In this document: positions 54,557-61,605 of the stretch, piece by piece | Position numbering within the stretch: the first letter of the stretch is position 1 | Layout: each line of letters starts with the position of its first letter | Assembly: GCA_043814605.1 (NCBI GenBank) | Contig: JBDRJV010000028.1 | Span: 7,790-71,789, forward strand | Direction: 5' to 3' | DNA from: Candidatus Omnitrophota bacterium | GTDB taxonomy: Bacteria > Omnitrophota > Gorgyraeia > B26-G9 | Length of the DNA stretch: 64,000 nt | The notes under the pieces: generated by a model | Told to the model about the DNA's origin: nothing | The model's database searches: none | The model's input: the letters and a program-made list of their open reading frames with translations, nothing else | Position numbers and translations under genes: made by a program

Positions 54557-55006
54557 CTACCACTGGATAATACATTCAAACTGGCTAACAATATTGCCTT
54601 GCTGGTCGTTAGTGGTTAATTTTTCGAAAAAAGTTATCTGAGCGTCGGGTTTTAATAAATATGCAGCCTGAGTAAGGACCCCGTGTTCTACTTGAGGATG
54701 GCTTTTAAAATCCTTATAAATAATCTTACGAGAATTTTCTCCCAGAGTTTCAATTGTAATATTAGCAAAACTCAGTACTTGCCGGTAGAAAAAGGGCATA
54801 TGTTGAAGGGCGCTTTTAAAGTTTTTTTCAAAAAGGGGCACGATTTTTTTTGTTAATGGGCTGCTCAGGATACTCTTCATCATTATTTTCCCTATTTCAT
54901 ATAACTGTTTGTCTGGTGATTTGTTCGGTAAGAGGATTTTCCCGGCAGCAACGCTCAGAAGGTTAAATTCCTGGATAGGGTAATCAAAAAAATTAGTATA
55001 CTGCAA
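54557..55006 (-). CDS. Hypothetical protein (the track start appears to be a TTG; an upstream ATG frame is broken by an in-frame TAG)
   Basis: 149-aa ORF at the head of the HD-GYP/HEAT operon. No motif recognised. Confidence 0.35.
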   Translation of the reverse strand: MQYTNFFDYPIQEFNLLSVAAGKILLPNKSPDKQLYEIGKIMMKSILSSPLTKKIVPLFEKNFKSALQHMPFFYRQVLSFANITIETLGENSRKIIYKDFKSHPQVEHGVLTQAAYLLKPDAQITFFEKLTTNDQQGNIVSQFECIIQW

Positions 55007-55365
55007 AGAATTGTTTAAAGATTGTTTTAGGGAGTTAAGTGCTTCGGGGCCTTTTTCTTTTTCAATCTATTTTAAGATGCTGTTAAAACTTATCCCTTTG
55101 GCAGTGTCTTTCATTCTGCGCCCTTAATTGTTTAGTTTTAATAAATTTATTGAAACATATTAATAATATAATCAAGACCAATTTTTAGCAAGAAAAAATA
55201 ATTTTTACCTTGAAAATTTTATGTTTTGCGGATGCAAAGAAGTAAAAACAAGCACAAAGCAGCCTTGATTTTTCTCAAAAAATATGCTATGGTATGCTCA
55301 AACAATTGAACAATACTGTAAGAAAATCAGTTCAGAAATAAATCAGTGGATATATAAGGTTTTGC

Positions 55366-55453
55366 GGAGGAGTGGCTGAGTGGACGAAAGCGGCGGTCTT
55401 GAAAACCGTTGTACCGCAAGGTACCGTGGGTTCGAATCCTACCTCCTCCGCCA
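55366..55453 (+). tRNA. tRNA-Ser (anticodon TGA)
   Basis: Manual fold: acceptor GGAGGAG/CTCCTCC, anticodon stem-loop GGCGGTCTTGAAAACCGTT, long variable arm, T-loop GGTTCGAATCC, 3' GCCA encoded. A promoter-like TTGATT-17-TATGGT lies ~60 nt upstream. Confidence 0.85.
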
Positions 55454-55477
55454 TTTTCGCAATGAACAGATACTAAA

Positions 55478-55900
55478 ATGATTAAAAAAACACAAATCCA
55501 TACTCCTCGTTTACCCGAAGCTAAGGCTGCTTTTCCCCGTGGCTTAAAAATTGAACTGGACAACACAATTCTTTTTTTTATTTCCGGCACAGCCAGCGTT
55601 AGCCCGGATGATTCTACGGCACATGTTGGCGATTTGTACGCGCAAGCCATGCATACTTATCAAAACATAGAATCCCTGCTTACTGAGCAGCAGGCTCAGT
55701 TTAAAGATATTGTGAAGTTCACAATTTATTTGAAAGACATGGAAGAATACAGTATTTTTAATAAAGCCAGGGATGATTTTTTCGCGCAGAAAAACATGTC
55801 CCGGGAAGAGTTTCCGGCCAGCACTTGCGTGCAGGCGCATTTATGCCGCCAAGAACTTCTTGTCGAAATCGAAGCAATTGCAATAATCCCTAAAAAATAA
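55478..55900 (+). CDS. RidA/YjgF-family protein
   Basis: 140 aa with the YjgF-like C-terminus (...PASTCVQAHLCRQELLVEIEAIAI). Confidence 0.6.
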   Translation: MIKKTQIHTPRLPEAKAAFPRGLKIELDNTILFFISGTASVSPDDSTAHVGDLYAQAMHTYQNIESLLTEQQAQFKDIVKFTIYLKDMEEYSIFNKARDDFFAQKNMSREEFPASTCVQAHLCRQELLVEIEAIAIIPKK

Positions 55901-55999
55901 AGCTGCTCCTTGTTTTTATTCCGCACCCATCCCGGATTATATTTTCTTGACAACGCTTATCGGCTTGTGTTACTATTTTTAAAAATGTGCTACGCGAAT

Positions 56000-56146
56000 A
56001 TGATTAATAAAGACAAAAAAATAGACAAACAAGTCCTTGATGAAATTATTCTCTGTTTGCAAAATATAAAATACGGGGAGGTGGTCGTTACTATTCATAA
56101 TTCCAAAATAGTGCAGATCGAGAAGAAAGAAAAACACAGGTTTTAG
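56000..56146 (+). CDS. DUF2292 (YezD-like) small protein
   Basis: From the internal Met: MINKDKKIDKQVLDEIILCLQNIKYGEVVVTIHNSKIVQIEKKEKHRF, matching the YezD pattern G.V.I.I.....V.IEK.EK.R. Confidence 0.5.
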   Translation: MINKDKKIDKQVLDEIILCLQNIKYGEVVVTIHNSKIVQIEKKEKHRF

Positions 56147-56234
56147 CGGCTTCCTTGTTCTGCGTAAAAAATATTTAAATTTGTTCTGACCGGACAGCCG
56201 GAAGAACCGTACAATTAAAAAGGAAAGGATAATT

Positions 56235-57452
56235 ATGCGTAATGCAAAATTAATTGTTGCGGCGGCTTTTGGCGCGGCGGTCTTGTGTTTAAGTTTAAGT
56301 TGTTATGCTCAATCCGGAGCAGATTTAGAGGCCAGGGTTACGGCGTTGGAAGAGCAAATGAAAAGCGCGGGTGTTTTAGAAGGTTTAGAAATGAACATCG
56401 GATTTACAATGATTGTCCAAGGCACATCAAAAGCAAATGGCTCAGGAATTGTGGCGAATAATATTGGCCATAAGGAAAATGATACTACAGATGCTTCTTA
56501 TTCCGCGGATATTGAATTTTTTAAACAATTAGACGAGCAATCCAGCGTGTTTTTACATTTGGAAACAGGCGAGAATGCGGGAGTGACCGACGATTTAGAA
56601 TTATATTCTAATGTGAATCAGGATGCCAATGCCGCTACAGGCAATTTTGGGGTTTCGGAATTGTATTGGGAGCAAAATTTTGATGATCAAACTTTTTTAA
56701 CCTTTGGAAAAATTGATGCAACCGGGTTTATTGATACTAATGAATATGCCAATGATGAATGCAGCCAATTCTTAAGCAGTATGTTTAAAAATTCTCCGGC
56801 GATTGAATTTCCGGATAATACGATCGGCTTGCGGGCAGGAACAGCATTGCTTGATGTTTTAAGCCTTGATACGGTTATTGCCGACGGAGATGCGGATTTT
56901 AATCAGGTCGGGGATTCGCTTTGGATCGGCGCGCAGTTAACTCTGCAGCCGAACAGCATCGAACGCAAAGGAAACTATCGTTTGTATTATTGGTACAATG
57001 ATACGCCGCACACAAAATGGCAGGATGCGTCAAAAACAAAAGAATCCGGACAGGGTTTTGGTATAAGCTTTGACCAGGAGTTGACTGAGAGGATGGGGGT
57101 GTTTGTGCGCGCCGGAATGCAGCAGGATGATGCGGCGTTAGATACAAGCACTTTTTCTTTAGAAAGTGCGTATAGTTTCGGTGCGCAATTTAACGGAAGT
57201 TTTTGGGGCAGAGATAATGATATTCTAGGGTTAGGCTGCGGGCAGGTAATGGCTTCGGATGAATATAAAAAAGCTGGTAATTTGCAGGCCAAAACCGAAG
57301 GGCAGGTTGAACTTTATTATAATTATGCGGTCAGCGAAAACTTAATAATTTCCCCGGATTTCCAAATGATCAATAATCCATTCGGTAAAGACGCGGTTAA
57401 TGGAGATGACATTATTTTTGTTGCGGGTATCAGAACGCAAATAAATTTTTAA
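56235..57452 (+). CDS. Outer-membrane porin-like beta-barrel protein (OprB-like?) with an N-terminal coiled coil
   Basis: Signal peptide, a short coiled coil (DLEARVTALEEQMK), alternating amphipathic strands, and a C-terminal aromatic residue (...TQINF). Confidence 0.4.
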   Translation: MRNAKLIVAAAFGAAVLCLSLSCYAQSGADLEARVTALEEQMKSAGVLEGLEMNIGFTMIVQGTSKANGSGIVANNIGHKENDTTDASYSADIEFFKQLDEQSSVFLHLETGENAGVTDDLELYSNVNQDANAATGNFGVSELYWEQNFDDQTFLTFGKIDATGFIDTNEYANDECSQFLSSMFKNSPAIEFPDNTIGLRAGTALLDVLSLDTVIADGDADFNQVGDSLWIGAQLTLQPNSIERKGNYRLYYWYNDTPHTKWQDASKTKESGQGFGISFDQELTERMGVFVRAGMQQDDAALDTSTFSLESAYSFGAQFNGSFWGRDNDILGLGCGQVMASDEYKKAGNLQAKTEGQVELYYNYAVSENLIISPDFQMINNPFGKDAVNGDDIIFVAGIRTQINF

Positions 57453-57479
57453 TAATAAATAAAAGGAAGGAACAATATC

Positions 57480-58517
57480 ATGCATATGGCAGATGCTTTG
57501 ATTTCTCCAAAAGTAGGCGCAGCGCTTTGGACGGTTACAGCGGGATTAATTGCATACAGTTCGAAAAAGGTACAAAAAGATGCCGATAACCGCAAAGTTC
57601 CGCTGATGGGCGTCTTAGGCGCGTTTATTTTTGCTGCGCAGAGGATTAATTTCAGTATTCCGGGAACAGGTTCCAGCGGACATTTAGGCGGAGGCATGAT
57701 TTTAGCAATTCTGCTGGGGCCATGCGCGGCATTTCTAGTTATGGCTTCGGTTCTGATTGTGCAGGCCTTATTTTTTGGGGATGGCGGGATTTTAGCTTTA
57801 GGATGCAACATCTTTAATTTAGGATTTTTTTCCTGTTTTGTGGCGTATCCTTTGATTTACCGTAAGATCCTTGGCAACAAACCCGCATCAGGGAAAATTG
57901 TTACAGGTTCTTTGCTGGCGGCAATTATCGGTTTACAGCTCGGAGCTTTCGGCGTGGTTTTGGAAACGGTATTTTCCGGCATTACGGCATTGCCGTTTAA
58001 GAGTTTTTTGTTTCTAATGCAGCCGATTCATTTAGCTATCGGCATAGTCGAAGGCATGGTAACGGCTGCGGTAGTGATGTTTGTTTATAATGCGCGGCCG
58101 GAAATTTTGAATACAGAAAATAATTTAAAACGAATTAGAACAATTGATCTGAAAAAAGTGCTTATTGGTTTTATGCTGGCAGCAATAATTACCGGCACGG
58201 CGTTAAGCTGGTTTGCTTCTGCTCGTCCGGATGGTTTAGAATGGGCAATGTTTAAAACTTCCGGACAGGAAGAATTAGAAACAGATAAGAAACTACACGC
58301 TTCTTTAGCTGCTTTGCAGGCTAAAACTGCTTTTTTGCCGGATTACGGATTTAAAAAAACAGGCTCAGAATCTGAACCTGTATCCGAGCCGCAGCCAGCT
58401 TGGCCTTCCGTTGATTTGGGAACTTCGGTGTCTGGGTTAGTTGGCGGAAGTTTAACCTTTCTGATAATTTTTTTAATCGGGCTGGGAATGCGGCGTAAAG
58501 AGGTTTCAGCACAATAA
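57480..58517 (+). CDS. ECF transporter substrate component CbiM/NikM fused to a C-terminal PDGLE-type (CbiN/NikN-like) segment
   Basis: N-terminal MHMADALIS (CbiM/NikM MH.ADG-like). 345 aa with an extra C-terminal TM plus an ARPDGLEW motif. Confidence 0.6.
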   Translation: MHMADALISPKVGAALWTVTAGLIAYSSKKVQKDADNRKVPLMGVLGAFIFAAQRINFSIPGTGSSGHLGGGMILAILLGPCAAFLVMASVLIVQALFFGDGGILALGCNIFNLGFFSCFVAYPLIYRKILGNKPASGKIVTGSLLAAIIGLQLGAFGVVLETVFSGITALPFKSFLFLMQPIHLAIGIVEGMVTAAVVMFVYNARPEILNTENNLKRIRTIDLKKVLIGFMLAAIITGTALSWFASARPDGLEWAMFKTSGQEELETDKKLHASLAALQAKTAFLPDYGFKKTGSESEPVSEPQPAWPSVDLGTSVSGLVGGSLTFLIIFLIGLGMRRKEVSAQ

Positions 58518-58520
58518 CGA

Positions 58521-59333
58521 ATGAATAATATTGCAAAAAATTATTTTGATATTGGGTATATGGATACTTTGGCCCAAGGCAGCAGTTTTCTGCACCGCTT
58601 GGACCCCCGGGCCAAACTTATCACGACTATATTATTTATAATGAGTGTGGTTTCTTTCAGTAAGTATACAACATTAGCGTTTATGCCTTTTTTCTTGTAC
58701 CCGGTATTTTTAATTGCAGCCGGAGGCTTGCCCGCGGGATATTTGTTAACTAAAGTATTATTGGTCGCTCCGTTTGCGGTTTTACTGGGAATTTTTAATC
58801 CGTTGATTGACCGGCAAATTATTTTTTATATCGGAACAATAGGAATATCCGGCGGCTGGGTTTCGTTTATTTCTGTTCTGCTGCGGTTTCTTTTAACCGT
58901 GACCGCAGCGCTACTGTTAGTGGCGTTAACTGGGTTTAATGCTGTGTGTGAAGCGTTGCTGAAAATGGGAGTACCGAAGCCGTTTGTTATGCAGCTTTTA
59001 TTTTTTTACCGCTATCTTTTTGTTTTAACTGACGAGGCACAGCGTATGGAGCGAGCCCGGGCGTTACGGTCTTTTCATTCCGGATTTATGCGTTATACGA
59101 CGTTTATTTCTTTACTGGGGCATTTATTACTGAGAACTTTGGCTCGTGCTGAACGCATTTATCACGCAATGTGCTGCCGGGGTTTTACGGGGCATATTTA
59201 TCGGGTAACATCCGTAAAAAGCACGGGAAAAGATATTTGTTTTGTGCTGGGATGGGGGTTTCTTTTTGTTTTTTTTCGTGTTTATAACATCCCGTTAACG
59301 CTAGGGGAAATTATTGTGAGGTTTTTTAAATGA
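58521..59333 (+). CDS. ECF transporter T component (CbiQ/NikQ-like)
   Basis: Multi-TM protein with the conserved ERARALRS-type (A.R...ARG) loop. Position between the M and O genes. Confidence 0.6.
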   Translation: MNNIAKNYFDIGYMDTLAQGSSFLHRLDPRAKLITTILFIMSVVSFSKYTTLAFMPFFLYPVFLIAAGGLPAGYLLTKVLLVAPFAVLLGIFNPLIDRQIIFYIGTIGISGGWVSFISVLLRFLLTVTAALLLVALTGFNAVCEALLKMGVPKPFVMQLLFFYRYLFVLTDEAQRMERARALRSFHSGFMRYTTFISLLGHLLLRTLARAERIYHAMCCRGFTGHIYRVTSVKSTGKDICFVLGWGFLFVFFRVYNIPLTLGEIIVRFFK

Positions 59334-60106
59334 GCCATCATATTGTTGAAGCGAGTAATTTGCATTATACTTATCCAGACGGAACCGTAGGAGTAAAGGG
59401 GGTATCCTTTCGCATTACACACGGAGAGTCCGTGGCAATAGTCGGAGAAAACGGCGCGGGAAAGTCCACGCTTTTACTTCACTTAAACGGATACTTATCC
59501 GCAGCCGAAGGCCAGGTACGGATCGGAGATTATCCGGTTTCCGTGAAAACCTTAGATTTTGTGCGGCGTTCTGTGGGCATGGTCTTCCAAAATTCTGATG
59601 ACCAATTGTTCATGCCTACAGTTTTTGATGATGTGGCTTTTGGCCCCATGAATTTAGGCTTGGATAAAATTGCAACAGAACAAAAAGTTGCGCAGGCGCT
59701 GGAAACAGTCGGTGCTTTGCATTTGAGAAAGCGTCCGCCGTATCAACTTTCCCAGGGAGAAAAAAGAGCTGTCGCAATTGCTACGGTACTGGCGATGTCT
59801 CCGGATATTTTAGTCATGGACGAGCCCAGCGCCAGTTTAGACCCGGCATCACGCAAAAGCCTGATTGCGCTGCTTAAGTCTTTTCAGCACACAAAAATTA
59901 TTGCGACACATGATTTGGACATGGCTCTGGACGTTTGCGAGCGCACGATCGTACTGCATGAAGGCCGGATAACTGCGGATGGGCCGACCCTAGAACTTTT
60001 TCAGAATGAAGATTTGTTGCAACAGAGCCGCTTGGAAAAACCGTTGAGACTACAGATCTGTCCGGTTTGCACTCCGGCAAAAAAAAGCAAAAACATTTCT
60101 TTGTAA
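59330..60106 (+). CDS. ECF transporter ATPase (CbiO/NikO-like ABC protein)
   Basis: Walker A GENGAGKST, signature LSQGEKRAV, Walker B ILVMDEP and an H-loop ATHD. Confidence 0.8.
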   Translation: MSHHIVEASNLHYTYPDGTVGVKGVSFRITHGESVAIVGENGAGKSTLLLHLNGYLSAAEGQVRIGDYPVSVKTLDFVRRSVGMVFQNSDDQLFMPTVFDDVAFGPMNLGLDKIATEQKVAQALETVGALHLRKRPPYQLSQGEKRAVAIATVLAMSPDILVMDEPSASLDPASRKSLIALLKSFQHTKIIATHDLDMALDVCERTIVLHEGRITADGPTLELFQNEDLLQQSRLEKPLRLQICPVCTPAKKSKNISL

Positions 60107-60213
60107 TTATCGCACAATTCTGCAATTTCCCGGATTTGCTTTTTCTGCATTTTTCTGCTATAACTATTCTTAAGTTTATTCTCTCTAATTTCTATTTTAA
60201 AGGTATTTTTACA

Positions 60214-60429
60214 ATGTATTACGTATATGTTTTCCGTAACAAAAAATCACAGCAATTAAAAGCTTTAGTTAGTCAAGATGAAGGCTACACGAATAAAAAT
60301 TTAGGTGAAATGATTTTATTTGAAACGCATCAGACCAAAGCCGGCGCAGAAAAAAGAAAAGATTATTTGAATACAGCTGCGGGAAAAATCTGGCTAAAGC
60401 AATCTTTACCGAATATTTTTCTTAAATAA
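60214..60429 (+). CDS. Small GIY-YIG-like (YhbQ-type) protein, tentative
   Basis: MYYVYVFRNKK...GYTNKNLGEMILFETHQTKAGAEKRKDYL loosely matches the YhbQ-family layout (YYVYIL...GYT.DL..RL..H...A...E..IK). Confidence 0.3.
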   Translation: MYYVYVFRNKKSQQLKALVSQDEGYTNKNLGEMILFETHQTKAGAEKRKDYLNTAAGKIWLKQSLPNIFLK

Positions 60430-60442
60430 TTTAGGATAAAAA

Positions 60443-61222
60443 ATGATAAAAATCGGCACAGCCGGAACAGGCGGCTTAGGGTATAGAGGATGTCTAAGAC
60501 AACTGCCTAAATTCGGCATAAAGGCTTTAGAAGTTGAATTTACTTATGGGGTAAAGATGACGGCGGAGCAAGCGCGGGAAGTGGCGCAGCTGGCACGCGT
60601 TAATGATATTTCGCTTTCAATCCATGCGCCGTTTTTTATTAATCTGGCATCTTTAGAGCCGGAAAAAGTTACGGCTTCCAGAAAAAGAATTATTGCCAGC
60701 TGTGCTAAGGCAGATATTTTAGGCGCAAGCCATGTTGTGTTTCACGCCGGCTTTTATCAGCAAAGAGACCCGGAAGAAATTTATCAAATTATAAAAAAAG
60801 AAATTCTTGATTTGCTGAAGACGCTCAAAAAACATGCCTGGAAAACAGCGCTGGCTTTGGAAACAACAGGCAAGGTTACGCAATTTGGCTCTTTGGATGA
60901 ATTGCTGCGAATGCGGCAGGAAACCGGGTGCGATATTTGCGTAGATTTTGCGCATTTGCTGGCGCGGGATGGGAAAATTGATTATGATCAGGTTTTTAAA
61001 AAGATAAAAAAATTAAAACACATTCATGCGCATTTTTCCGGCATTGAATTCAGCGCAAAGGGAGAGAGAAAACATTTACTGACGCAGGAAAAAGACATTC
61101 ATGAGTTGGCTAAACATATAATTAAAAACAAAGTGGATATTACAATTATTAACGAAAGCCCCCAGCCGTTAAAAGACGCAGCAAAAATGGTGAAGATTTT
61201 TAGTAAGGTTGCAAAAAAATAA
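60443..61222 (+). CDS. AP endonuclease family 2 / endonuclease IV-like TIM-barrel protein
   Basis: Blocks that I can align to E. coli Nfo as I recall it: IHAPFFINLAS, VVFHAG, ALETTGK, CVDFAHL, HIHAHFSGIEF. These are the metal-ligand positions. Confidence 0.55.
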   Translation: MIKIGTAGTGGLGYRGCLRQLPKFGIKALEVEFTYGVKMTAEQAREVAQLARVNDISLSIHAPFFINLASLEPEKVTASRKRIIASCAKADILGASHVVFHAGFYQQRDPEEIYQIIKKEILDLLKTLKKHAWKTALALETTGKVTQFGSLDELLRMRQETGCDICVDFAHLLARDGKIDYDQVFKKIKKLKHIHAHFSGIEFSAKGERKHLLTQEKDIHELAKHIIKNKVDITIINESPQPLKDAAKMVKIFSKVAKK

Positions 61223-61236
61223 TTTTTAAAGTTTGC

Positions 61237-61324
61237 GGAAGGATGGCAGAGTGGACGAATGCGGCGGTCTCGAAAACCGTTGTACCACAAGGTACCGCAG
61301 GTTCGAATCCTGCTCCTTCCGCCA
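61237..61324 (+). tRNA. tRNA-Ser (anticodon CGA)
   Basis: Manual fold: acceptor GGAAGGA/TCCTTCC, anticodon loop CTCGAAA, long variable arm, T-loop GGTTCGAATCC, CCA encoded. Confidence 0.85.
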
Positions 61325-61334
61325 AAAAACAAGT

Positions 61335-61367
61335 CCCCTTGGACAAAAACCAAGGGGATCTTTTTTT
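61335..61367 (+). terminator. Rho-independent terminator after tRNA-Ser(CGA)
   Basis: Stem CCCCTTGG, loop ACAAAAA, stem CCAAGGGG, followed by T7. Confidence 0.7.
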
Positions 61368-61495
61368 ATTGTGATCGGGAAGGGTTCGAAGCAAGCGAAC
61401 GCCGACCTTCTGGGAGGAGGAGCGGACAGGATGTTGAGCGAAAGTGAGTGAAGGCGAGCCTACGCAGGGAAAACAGGAAGTTTGACTGTAGTAGG

Positions 61496-61548
61496 CGAAT
61501 CCTGCTCCTTCCGCCAAAAATTTAAACCCCCTTTTATAGGGGGTTTTT
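61496..61548. repeat. Second copy of the tRNA-Ser 3' end (25-bp direct repeat of 61304-61328), followed by its own hairpin and T-run
   Basis: CGAATCCTGCTCCTTCCGCCAAAAA occurs at 61304-61328 and at 61496-61520. The second copy is followed by the hairpin AAACCCCC-TTTTATA-GGGGGTTT plus Ts at 61524-61548. Confidence 0.8.
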
Positions 61549-61605
61549 GTTTTAAGGGTAGCGACACGACGGTTCGTCTGCCCTCGCGGTTTGATTTGTT
61601 TTAAG

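Noticed and set aside
61376-61523. A second complete tRNA gene between the two terminators
   Set aside because: Only the last ~25 nt match a tRNA. The upstream sequence lacks a T-loop and lacks a D-arm and anticodon arm that fold with the candidate acceptor stem.
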